Shown: positions 51,216-64,000 of the stretch, piece after piece
Position numbering within the stretch: the first letter of the stretch is position 1
Layout: each line of letters starts with the position of its first letter
Source of the DNA: the human T2T-CHM13v2.0 reference genome, Homo sapiens
NCBI RefSeq assembly: GCF_009914755.1
Contig: NC_060932.1
Reading direction: 5' to 3' (one strand)
Length of the DNA: 64,000 nucleotides
Notes under the pieces: model-generated
Seen by the model: the letters and a program-made list of their open reading frames with translations, nothing else
Databases searched by the model: none
What the model was told of the DNA's origin: nothing
Made by a program: the position numbers and the translations under genes

Positions 51216-52883
51216 AGAGCCAGGCACAGGGACAGAGAGAGAGAGAGAGAGAGGGAGAGGGAGAGAGAGAGGGAAAAGGGTGCTGAAGCCCAGGAGTTCC
51301 CTGTGATTTCACCCTGGGTGGTTCGTCCCTGCTTAGCCGGGATTCTTCATCTGAAATGTGGGTGTGGACATCGTCTGTGAGTGTATTGTGAGGAACATGC
51401 AGGAGCTGACCACATCCGTGTCCATGACATGCGGTCAGAGGCTCTGGGTCACTTTGAATTCAGGGCTCTGGCAACAGCTGGGGAGGGCAGCCTGGGACGT
51501 TTTCGGGGGAAGGGGGAAGGAAAGGTTTTCAGGACAGTTTGGAAAACCAAAGTTCATTGATGCTCTCCCTCTTCTCCCATGTCTCCAGATGCTGGGGTTT
51601 TGTTTTACAAAAATTTAAAATAGTTTTCTGCAGCCACTTTTGTTCTGATCATTATCCAATGAGAAAAGATCACCACCTTTCTGGGAAGAGTTATTGGTGG
51701 TTGTCCACCCACCTCACTGAGGTCTCTGCTCTGGGAGGAGGGGAGGAGGCAGTCAGGCTGCTCGGGAGGCTGAGCCCAGGAGTCACCAGCCCTGAGATGT
51801 CCCCCAGAGCGGGCGTAGGGTACCACCTGCCAGGAGAGGGGAGCAGCGGGGTCACAGTTCAGGGATGCCCCCACCCATCTACAGGTTTTGCAGGAATCAC
51901 ACATAGTTAGCCTTTGTACCAGAAGCACGGTACAGAGCTCAGCAGTGTGCTTTCAGACAGCCCCACCAGAGAACAGGCCCTTTCCCAGGAGCTTTCGTGT
52001 GGGACCCTCAGGGGGGTCGTGGGATGCTGCTGTCCCTGCGTCTGAGTCCTGTTTGTGGGGTGGAACTGGTCACCTGATCTCAGCTGGGCACAGCTAGTGA
52101 CCAGACAGACACAGCAGATGCTGTCTGGTTTTAGCATAGACTGAGGTTTGGGCAGTTAGGATCTGTGTATCTAGGATTTTGGGAAAAGCCAGTGGCTTTT
52201 CTTGGGCAGCGGCAAGGTGAGATGTACCAGGGTCATGTCCCAAGCCCGGTCCAAGCAAGGCTCCCCCATGCCCTTTTGCTTTGTCAGCCAAGGGTCTGTG
52301 TTACTCACTCGAGATGTGCACATCAGGCTGGAAACCCGTCAGACTCTAGATGCCACGAGGGCTCATTACTAACTAAAAAGTGCCTTTAAAAACCGTGGAA
52401 GAGTGTCTCCATCTGGAGATTGCCTCTCTCCCTGCTCCCCTTTCTCCACAGGCGCTATTGGAAAAAATAACAGCAGCTCTCATCGTTCTGGAGATCTAAT
52501 TCTCAGGAAGTGTGCATTTCAATCTGCCAGCCACAGCGAAAAGCCATGGTGTCCTAAGCAGCTGTGTCCCCTCTATGTTATTATTCTTTGTGCGGCTTTC
52601 TTTGATTGGGATGAGCTCTCTAGCATTTAGGAAATTGCAAGCATATAATATTTTACATCAGTGTAGGTCCTATATTCTGATTCAGTAGCCACAAAATACA
52701 TTTTTTTTTTTGAAAATCCTCCCTTTCTTTTTTTCCTCATTGGAAGTTTACTGAAACCTCTGGCATTAAACTCAGCATTTACAGGGCTGACATTACAGGT
52801 GCCCGGAGGTTTTGGCTGGGAAGCGGGGGTGCTGATGCATCATCAGTGGGAATGTTTTTGTTGTCTCTCTTTAAAAAATGGTC

Positions 52884-53129
52884 TTTTTTTGTAGAGATGG
52901 GCTCTCTGTTGTCCAGGCTGGTCTCGAATTCTAGGCTTCAGTGATTCTCCTCCTCTGGCCTCGAGTCACTGGGACCACAGGTGCATGCCACTATGTCCAG
53001 CTAATATTTGTAGAGATGGGGTCTTGCACTGTTTGCTCAGGATGGTCCTGAAATCCTGGGCTTAAGTGATCCTCCTATTTCAGCCTTCCAAAGTGCTGGG
53101 ATTACAGGCAGGAGCCAATGGGCCCAGCC
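52884..53129 (-). mobile_element. Old Alu-family dimer made of two left-type (FLAM-like) monomers
   Basis: Both halves begin GTAGAGATGGG and continue ..AGG(C/A)TGGTC. Confidence 0.7.
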
Positions 53130-53566
53130 CTGAGCATTTCTGTTTATCTAAAGCTCTGCTGCCGCCTGTGTAACCTGACCTCACATTTATTCTTCCCACT
53201 TCAGGGAGGGAGCAACACACACTTGTAGTGTTTCTGGCACACTCAGCACTCACCTTAGAAATGTTGGGGTCTTTCTCCTCCCACCTGGAGGAGAGAACAG
53301 AAAACCAGAGTCCCCACCTGGGATGTACTTTTCCCACTCACATCATCCAGAACAGCCAAAATCCATCTCCAGGTCCAGCATCCCAGCTCTCCTGGGCTTG
53401 GACTATCATTTCTAAACTCCATAGATGACTTTTACCTTTCACGGCATTTGGCAGCTCAGCTGCATTTCATGCTGTGGAAGACTCAGGAGCTAACATCTCA
53501 TCTTCACCTCTTCATCCTTCATTTTCCCAAAGAAAGCTTTCATCGTATTTCAGTGAGGCAGAGTCA

Positions 53567-54166
53567 TGTTAGCCAACCCCACTTCTGACACCAACTTCAC
53601 TGGGGTCCTTAAGACCAACTACAGACTTGGTGATTTGCTAGGATTCACAGGGCTCAGCATGAGGTTTTACTCACAGGTAGAATTCATTACAGTGAAAAGA
53701 CATAGAGCTAAGCCAGCAAAGGGAAAAGGTGCACAGGTTGGAGTCTGGAGGAAGACAGTGCAGGCTCCCAAAACTCCCTCCCAGGAGAGCCACACGGGCA
53801 TGTTTGCCTCTCCAGTGATGCGTTGCAAGGGTGTGCGGAACACCATCTATCAGCGCTGCTCATCGGAGCCTGGGAGTTCGGGGTTGGATTGTGGGTTGGC
53901 CACATGGGCATATTGAGCTTGCGTGACTGACCACAATCCGAATTCCTGACTTTCAGAAGAAAATCAGGTGCTCAGCTGGCATCACATTGTTTATACAGAG
54001 GGTGTGCGCACAGTGAGGAACTCTTACAATTTTAGGGGCTATTTTATACCAGACCACAGGGTAGAGAAATGTTTACCAGTTGAGTGCTCAGACACAGGAT
54101 GGCCACTTTTCCAGGCAGCCTTTCTAGGGATCGCATTCTCAGGCTTGCTGCTTGCCTTTCTGCACA
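53567..54166 (-). mobile_element. ERVL LTR (MER21 family)
   Basis: CCCCACTTCTGACACCAAC, CCAGCAAAGGGAAAAGG, TCTCAGGCTTGCT..TTTCTGCACA. Confidence 0.7.
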
Positions 54167-54189
54167 GCGTGTCATCAGTGGGAAAAAAA

Positions 54190-54340
54190 AATCATACGGC
54201 GAGATTTTACATTTTTTAATGTGAAGTCCTTGAAATCCAGTGTGTATTTTTATGCACCGGACACTTTGGTTTTGACTGGCCACGTTTCATATGTGCGGCA
54301 CCCGCGTGTCTGGTGGCTGCTCTGTGGGAAAGTGGAGCTC
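54190..54340 (+). mobile_element. MER33/MER3-like fragment
   Basis: GAGATTTTACATT..AAGTCCTTGAAATCCAGTGTGTATTTT..GACTGGCCACGTTTCA. Confidence 0.6.
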
Positions 54341-54344
54341 CGGT

Positions 54345-54659
54345 GTGTGGACGTCATGACGCGGCCATCCCGCCACAAGCACAGCAAGAACCGCTGTGTA
54401 CAAGATCATGTGGAGGAGGTGGCGTGTGGACGTCGTGATGTGGCCATCCCGCCACAAGCACAGCGAGAACCGCTCTGTACACGATCATGTGGAGGAGCTG
54501 GCATGTGGACGTCGTGATGTGGCCATCCCGCCACAAGCACGGCAAGAACCACTGTGTACAAGATCATGTGGAGGATCTGGCATGTAGACGTCGTGATGTG
54601 GCCATCCCGCCACAAGCACAGCGAGAACCGCTCTGTACACGATCATGTGGAGGAGCTGG
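54345..54659. repeat. 79-bp tandem repeat, 4 copies (ABAB)
   Basis: GCCATCCCG at 54364, 54443, 54522 and 54601. Confidence 0.95.
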
Positions 54660-55024
54660 TAGTAAATTTTGATCTAACGCACTATTTAGTGAAACATTAT
54701 GGATTAGATTGAAAATTGTCAAAAGTTAATGAAGGTATCTGAACAGTGTGTGCTTAAATTTCTCATCCAGAATTCCAGGAAGTCAACCTTAATCTCTCAT
54801 AGATAAGATTTGAATCTGTCAGTGTTGAAGATCAATAGTGAAGACATCAAGATCTCCCTGCAGATGATTAATTTTGAGATTACAAACATAACACAGCTTT
54901 GTTTTCACAAATCTGTGACTTGTTTTGGCGTAGAGACCATTTGGTATCTAACTATATTGTATAATTTGCCCAAATGAGGAAGGCAGTATGACTGTTGCTC
55001 AGAAAATATTTTGCTGCTGATCTG

Positions 55025-55840
55025 TTAGGTGGTAACTGATCCCTGTGGGGTGATCCAGTGGGCGGTAACCCGTCCCTGTGAGTGATTCACTGGGTGGTAA
55101 CCAGTCCCTGTGGGTGATCCAGTGGGTGGTAATTGATCCTTGTGGGTGATCCAGTGGATTGTAACCAGCCCATGTGGGTGATCCAGTGGATATGGTAACC
55201 AGTCCATGTGGGTGATCCAGTGGGTGATAACTAATCCCTGTGAGTGATCCAGTGAGTGGTAACCAATCCCTGTGGGTGATCCAGCAGGTGGTAATTGATC
55301 CCTGTGGATGACCCAGTGGGTGACAACTGATCCCTGTAGGTGATCCAGTGGGTGGTAACCAGTCCCTGTGGGTGATCCATTGGGTGGTAACCAGTCCATG
55401 TGGGTGATCCAGTGGGTGGCAGTCGATCCCTGTGGCTGACCCAGTGGGTGGTAACATCCCTGCAGGTGACTCAGTGGGTGGTAGCTGATCCATGTGGGTG
55501 ATCCAGGGGGTGGTAACCAGTCAATATGGGTGATCCAGTGGGTGGTAATGGTCCCTGCGGGTGATCCAGTGGTTGGTAACGACTTTGTGCAGGTGATCCA
55601 GTCAGTGGCAGCCAATCCCTGCAGGTGATCTGGTGGGTGGTAACTGATCCATGTGGGTGATCCAGGGGGTGGTAACCAGTCGATATGGGTGATCCAGTGG
55701 GTGGTAATGATCCCTGCGGGTGATCCAGTGGTTGGTAACGACTTTGTGCAGGTGATCCAGTCAGTGGCAGCCAAACCCTGCAGGTGATCTGGTGGGTGAT
55801 AACTGATCCATGTGGGTGATCTGGTGGGTGGTAACTGATT
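55025..55840. repeat. Degenerate 32-bp minisatellite, about 25 copies, with a 159-bp higher-order duplication
   Basis: Unit GGGTGATCCAGTGGGTGGTAACCAGTCCCTGT; TCCAGGGGGTGG block at 55502 and 55661. Confidence 0.93.
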
Positions 55841-57150
55841 TTCCTAGTGATCTGTGGAGTGATAGTTGGTCACTTCTGGGTGTTTAACACAATCTATGTG
55901 TTAGATGTGACTAATTCAAGAGCAAAGTTCTTTCCACCCCAATTTCTGTTCTGTTCAGTTTGGGAATTCTTTGACAGAAACCTGTATTGGGGAGAATGAG
56001 GATTCAGTGCACAAAACACCCCTAAGAACCATGACTTTTGTTTTTATTTTTCCATTATCTGACTGGTTTATAAAAAGTGTGAGCAGTGTTTTAAATCCAA
56101 GGCACCAGCAGCTGATGGCTGCTTCTGGTCCCCTTCCCTGCACTCCTGTCTATGTCCTCCCTCCTGGGAGTGGATCTATGCATCTCTCCTTGGCCTGTCA
56201 CCAGAAACAATTCTCAGAATCAGGTCATTGGCCTATGGAGAAAGAGTGAGTTTCTAGACCCCTTTTGAAACTGACATGTTGTTTGACCTTGAATACAGGT
56301 GTAGCATTTCTGTGTTTATTGTTAGACTTTAAATTTTCCTAGTTTACTAGCAGCTAGAAATACTAAACTCACGAAGAATGAGGCTGAGCCCCGGACAAGC
56401 TGAGGTCACCATTTCCCTCCCTGCCCCATCTTTGTCTCTTCTTACTCAGCCCGGAGAACAGCTAAAAACGCCACCACTTAACGTGCATTTGTGTAAGAGT
56501 TTGTTCCCCCAAAAAGCCTATTGAGCATTACTTGTGGTTTATAAGTTTAAGGAATGAACATTGAGTCATTTCTTTAGCAGCATCTTTATTGGGAACATTT
56601 ACAGGGAACATTTTCTAATTTTCTCCAAGTTAATTCCTTTTCTTGCTTTTGCTCTCTCTCTCACTCTCTCCCTCTCCTCCCTCTCTCGCTCCCTCGCTGT
56701 CCATTTCCCCCTCTCTCTCTGCGTGTGTCTCTTTGCCTACATTAATGTTGTTTTGTCTGAAATATGTGTGTTGAAGTTCCCATGTTTCCTTGAAGACATG
56801 GGAAGTTCCTGGAAAGTAACGAGACTGATCTTCTCCTGTGCCCTTTTAAGAAGTTAGTTGATGACTGTGCCCCACTTTGCTGCATGGTCTCTGGGGGGTT
56901 GAACTCCTTTGCTCCTGAATAGGCGTAAACTTGCCTTCCAGGGCTGCAGCCTCCTGTGCTCAGCACCCCCATTTGTGTGTCCCTGTGATTGCAGGAAGGC
57001 TCTGGGAAGCTGCGCTTGGGCAAACCCTTAGCGTGACCCCCTGACTCCCCCAGGGAGTCACACATTGATTGTCATCTGATCTCCTGGGATGTGTATTGGC
57101 ATTTGTCTGAGTAACTTGGTGCTTCTGTGAGAATAGTGCTGTTTCTTAGG

Positions 57151-57443
<293 letters not shown>

Positions 57444-58654
57444 CGTTCCTTAGTTTTTACTTGTCACACAGTGTGCATGACAGAGTGACTAGATAGGGGT
57501 TCTTTCTGTTTTTATTTCTAGATTGAAATTTTGCATGGTAACAGCAGACAGGTAATACCTGTCTAGGTGGCTGCCACCGCAAAGCCCATGTTATCACTCT
57601 GAGTGTCAGGACTGAGTGCCATAGTGGTCTTGAGAATTCTCTATGAACTCTGTGGACTGCAGAGCCCTTCTCATTACAAAAGAACTGCCATTACACACAG
57701 ATAGAAACAGCAATAGCACAGCAGCTCCCCCGTCCCTGACGGTGGCTGCCAGCAGCCTTCGTAGCACAGTCTGTGCATAAAGCAGGAGGAAAAGCCACCG
57801 GCCGCCCTGTCCTGCTGCCGGGGTTGCGCACCGGGCGAGGGCTCTGGGACGTCGGGTAGCAGCACCACCTGCTGGACACCGGTGGCTGCACTCGGCTGCA
57901 CCTGCGGCTGGAACGGCTTCAGGCTCCCAGGAAGGCGCCTCCCAAGAGAGACTTTCTAGTTCCCTCTGGGATGGCATCCCTGGCTCCGGGTGCGCCCGCA
58001 TCTGCCAGGAAGACTGTCTTTCAATTGAACACAGCAGCCGAGTCATGCTTTACAGTTGTTCTTACTGTAAGAACAACCCAGGAGCCCGGGGAGCTGCATC
58101 TGCAGGGCTGCCCCACACTCTCTACCAGGAATCTCCCGGGGTCCACTCTCGTTCCTGTCAGGGGCTGGGCGCCAGGTGGTTTGGGCCCTGGGGACGGGGG
58201 CAGGGGTCCTGGCAGCAGAGGGGTCCTGTCAGCAGGGGCTCCCTCACACAGGACGTAATTTTGCGGGAAGGATTTTCATGTTGCGCTGGCCTTGCACTTG
58301 CTGCGACAGGCCCCTTACGTCCGCGCGGCTCAGCCCTGCCCTTACACGAAGCGTAGAGACGGTGGCGGCTGTGTTCCAGTAAGATGTGGCCCGTGGAGCC
58401 TGTGGTGGCTGCAGGTTGCTGATCCTGGACCCACAGGTTGCCGGGCCCCTCGGTGTGCCTGCCAGTCTCACACCAACCGGCCCAGGCCCCGCTGGCTTCA
58501 GCCTGGTCACCACCTCCACGCGCGGCGCTGTCTGCTCTTGGCCGGGCCATCCTGTCCTGGCCCTCCCTGCCCACGGCTCCGGGAAGGGCTCTGCCAAGAG
58601 ACTTCTCCATTCCCACCCGTCACTTTTGAGGATCCGGCTCCCCGGTCCCTCCTG

Positions 58655-59045
58655 TGCCAGCCAGCATGTGCCATGGCTCCCCGACCCTGTGCCAGCCCGT
58701 GTGTGCCATGGCTCCCGACCCCGTGCCAGCCCATGTGTGCCATGGCTCCCCAACCCTGTGCCAGCCCGTGTGGGCCATGGCCCCACCGAACCCGTGCCAA
58801 CCCGCGTGTGCCATGGGTTCCACCGACCCCGTGCCAGCCCGCGTGCGCCATGGCTTCCCTGATCCCATGCCAGCCCGCGTGTGCGCCATGGCTCCCCCGA
58901 CTCCGTGCCAGCCCGCGTGTGCGCCATGGCTCCCCCGACCCCGTGCCAGCCCGCGTGCGTCATGACCCCACCGCGTGTGCGCCATGGCTTCCCCGACCCC
59001 ATGCCAGCCCGCGTGCGCCATGGTTCCACTGACCCTGTGCCAGCC
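58655..59045. repeat. CpG-rich minisatellite, about 35-38-bp unit, about 10 copies
   Basis: Unit CCATGGCTCCCCGACCCCGTGCCAGCCCGCGTGTGCG. Confidence 0.92.
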
Positions 59046-59802
59046 AGTGCGGGCTGATCTGCTGCCCAGCTGTGGGCGTCCTGAACCCCAGGCCGTGGGA
59101 CAACTTGGGCCGGGAGAGAAGATCTTTCACTTTGATTTGGGGCATAGGTGGAGGCTCCCCCTACGGCCCTGTGTGGAGGACCCTGTTTCCTGGGTGCTGT
59201 GATGCCACTGGCCTCGACCCTGGCTCCTCATGCGTGTCGCCTGCGGGCGTGAGGTCCGTGCAGAGGAAGGAAGAAAGAGGAAGTAAGACGTGAGCTCGGC
59301 CAGCCCCGGGTGCAGGAGGAGTGGGCGAAGCGGGCGACAGGGTCCCATGCCTTCCCCTTCCTTCCTCAGGCCCGGCCTCCATCTCTCCCACCACACCAGG
59401 CGCCTGCTGGGTGATGGCGGGGTCACAGCAGGGGAGACGTTGGCTCCTCCGCTCTGCTCCCTGAGCCCCACGGGGCCTGAGTGCAGAGGAAGGAGGTGAA
59501 GTAAGCGGTGACAGTGGGTTCCTCAAGGCGCCGTGGAAGGCGAGGCTGCGTTCTCAGAGCCAGGCCGGGGTTGCAGTGTGGAAATGCCGCGGCGCTGCCC
59601 GGCCCCACGTCTCCCTGCTGCTCCAGCGCAGCCCAGGCCACCCTTCTCACTGCCCCTGGGGCTGAGTGAGCAGGGCTCAGGCCGTGGGGAGCCTGCCTTG
59701 TCAGACACTGCCCTTCGCCATGAGTGACCGGGCAAACACCTCATGCTTTGGAGCAGAGGCGCGCCCTGGCCTGAAGCCACTCGGGAGCCAGGGCTGGTGT
59801 TA

Positions 59803-60008
59803 GGGTGGGAGCAGGGCCCGTGGGCGTGACTGCCGCCATCTTGGCGGGGGGACGCCAGGGTGAGAGCAGGGCCCGTGGGCGTGACTGCCGCCATCTTGAG
59901 GAGTCGCCGGGGTGGGAGCAGGACCTGTCGGGGTGGCTGCCGCCATCTTGAGGGGACGCCAGGGTGGGAGCAGGGCCCGTGGGCGTGACTGCCGCCGTCT
60001 TGAGGGGA
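59803..60008 (+). promoter_or_regulatory. Tandem repeat (52-55 bp, 4 copies) carrying overlapping ZFP57 and YY1 motifs; putative regulatory element
   Basis: TGCCGCCATCTTG at 59831, 59886 and 59938; TGCCGCCGTCTTG at 59990. The repeat is certain; the function is inferred. Confidence 0.5.
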
Positions 60009-61519
60009 TGCTGGGGTGGTTGGAGGTCGTGGCTCTGGAGAGGTTGGGTATTTAGAGATACAGCTGAAGGGATTTGTGGGTGGAAAGGACGTGTGGTTCC
60101 TGGAGTAGATGGGATCAGGGATGCATCAAGGGTCCAGCCTGTGCTGTGGAAAGCCAAGTTGCCATTTGTCGGCAGGAAAAGGAGGAACTTTCCTAGTTCA
60201 GGCACAGGTGCGGACCAGGCCGTTGGGCGTGAGTCTGGGATTCAGGATGGGTTCGTGGCAGACACCACGCTGGATAGTCCCAGCTGTAGACAGTGTTTAG
60301 AGCCACGGATTGGCTGGGGCCGCCCAGGAGTGAATGCGGATCCAGGAGAGAGGATGAGGAGGGAGGGGTCTGCAAGAGGAGCCCTGGGCTTCCGGAGCTG
60401 AAACTCGGGAAGATGCGAACATTCAAGCAGAAAAGAAGAGGAAGGCACAGTCGGGCCAGTGCCTGCCGGGGCAGGACCCCACACGTGGGCGCGTGCCAGG
60501 GCGTGTGCTCCCCAGGACGGGCCTCCCCGCTGCAGCTTCCTCATTGTGGGTCACTCTTTTTCTGGCAGGTCCTCTTTCTCCTACATGTCCTCGTTCCCAC
60601 CCCCCTTGCAGTGTCCCCGGTTGTCCTCAGGTCAGTTCAGGGACACGGCAGATGTTCTGCTGTCAGGAACGGGCAGAGAGTAGAGCTAAGAGGCTTTTGT
60701 GGGGGCCGTCCTGGGACGCAGGTCACGCGGGCCCTCCAGAGAACACAGGCACCCACAGTGACCCTTTGGTCTAATGGAACCGGCGCTTTTCTCTTGGTGG
60801 CAGATGAGTAAAAATAGCGTTGATTTTCTGCTAACAGGAAATGGGAGTCGTGGAAGATACTTATCTGGGCCCAGCAGCTTTTAGTACATTTTCAAAGCGA
60901 GGCACACACACAAAGAGACACTCGGACAAATCGCTGCAATGTGTCCCGTCTTGCTTCTCCAGGGGACCCAGGTCTTTAGGACGCCTTATCTGCCCGGCAG
61001 CACCTGCCTTGGTGCCGCGGGGCTCAATACTCAGGGACTGCAAGTGAAGTCACCTGGAACGGGAGAGTCCAAAACAGTGACTCGGGGCTGGGTTTTCAAT
61101 CTCATGCCCGGCTGAAGTTAATTTTGTGATCTCAAGATGCAGCTTCTTGATAACATGGTACCAAAAATCATGAGGAAATACAGCATGGCCCATTTTGCTT
61201 TATTTGATGATTGTGATACAATTTGACAGGGACGCAGATTTACAAAAGAGCACTTCCCAGAGAAAATCATTCAATATCCCTTTGTTCAACCTTTTAATTA
61301 TTCAAAGAATACATAAAATAATGCCTCTTACCAAGCGCTTCCTGCGGGTCACGTCATGTCACTTGCAGCACCATTTATGAAGGAACATTTGGTATACAGG
61401 TGAGAAAACATCTTTGAAGATAAAATACAGCACAGTTAGTAAATTGTAAGAGCGAAATCTAAACCTGACCTGTTCATCTGACCATTACTTCTCACCTTTC
61501 CTTGTAGAAAAATTTGTAG

Positions 61520-61841
<322 letters not shown>

Positions 61842-61899
61842 CTAGAATATTTCTTATATTAAAAGATCGAGTGAAGCCAAGGAAAAATTCACCTGTATC

Positions 61900-62180
61900 T
61901 CCTGCCCTGCAGTAATCACTTTGATTATTTGGATTCCTATTTTGTTTATATTTTCTTCACATAGACCATGTAAATAGCATAAGAATATGCATACTACATT
62001 CTATTTTTTTAACTTAACATTGTATTGCCAATATCTTTCCATATTCATTTTTCCAAAACATTATTTATCATATTCCATTGTGTGCCTATACCATAATTTA
62101 CTTCAATTATAGGATATCTACCTTGTTTCTGATATTTTGTTACTTTAAAAAATACTGCAGTGACTCTGTGTCTTTTCACA
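61900..62180 (-). mobile_element. Old L1 (L1ME-like) fragment
   Basis: ATATTCCATTGTGTGCCTATACCATAATTTA..TTGTTTCTGATATTTTG antisense L1M motifs. Confidence 0.55.
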
Positions 62181-62197
62181 CATTGGATAAATGTATT

Positions 62198-62544
<347 letters not shown>

Positions 62545-63154
62545 TCATGCTCACTATTTTTAATAACTCAGAAGATGTGTACTGCGTGGCATGCTGTGCT
62601 GGGACATGTCCAGGTGCTCCTTGCAGGCATTAGAGCATCGTCATTCAGACGGGTCCTCACCTGGGGCGTCATGCATTTCCTAGATCAGATGAGTTTTAAA
62701 GGAGGAGAGTAACTAATGACCTTAGTGGCTAAAGGCGGTCTCAAATCCATGTTTATCTTACCCCCTTTTCCCACAACTGTTAAGAAACAATCATTTCAAG
62801 GCCCTGGTAGACTCATTGGAACCACTTGGAAGCAAAGTAACTTGAAGAGTAAGGGGATGAGTTCTGGGCATGCCGTTTGCTCCTGCTGATCCTGACTCTG
62901 GTTCCTCCACTTGGACTTTGTCCTTGCCCTCCCGGGAGTGCCCTCTCGCAGTGGGTTCTCCTCCAGTGGCACTGACCTCTCATTTTTGGTTGAGTTTTCT
63001 AGTTCCATTTTCTCTCCAGGTGTGGAGGAGTGCAGGCCTCCTGCCCAGCTCATGGAGCCTGCATTGATGGAACCACCTTGTAAAATAATCCGACCCATTT
63101 TGCAGAGCTGAAAGGATGTGCCTCCTTGTGACCCCATATTTCCCAGTACATCCT

Positions 63155-64000
<846 letters not shown>

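Overview
Primate (very probably human) genomic DNA from a GC-rich subtelomeric region, not prokaryotic. The only protein-coding sequence I can support is a 55-nt internal exon at 18217-18271 (+), encoding VLPGILQKHCCILPDRNT(E). I recognise this as the N-terminal region of DLGAP2 (SAPAP2, human 8p23.3), so the rest of the window is very probably DLGAP2 intron. It contains about 13 Alu elements, L1/L2/MIR fragments, ERVL/MaLR LTRs, DNA-transposon fossils and an unusually dense set of about 15 minisatellites. The long ORFs in the track are artefacts of these repeats. Strongest candidates for follow-up: (1) a 149-bp, 98%-identical inverted duplication of apparently unique sequence (46492-46640 / 47363-47511); (2) a CpG-rich 4-unit tandem repeat at about 59.8-60.0 kb in which ZFP57 (TGCCGC) and YY1 (GCCGCCATCTTG) motifs overlap, an architecture resembling imprinting control regions; (3) a 1.3-kb minisatellite whose unit matches the PRDM9 13-mer; (4) minisatellites visibly derived from transposon fossils; (5) a strong AT-to-GC shift in old repeats. 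Repeat family names come from recalled consensus sequences, not from a search. Copy numbers and element boundaries are approximate. I see no convincing new gene system.
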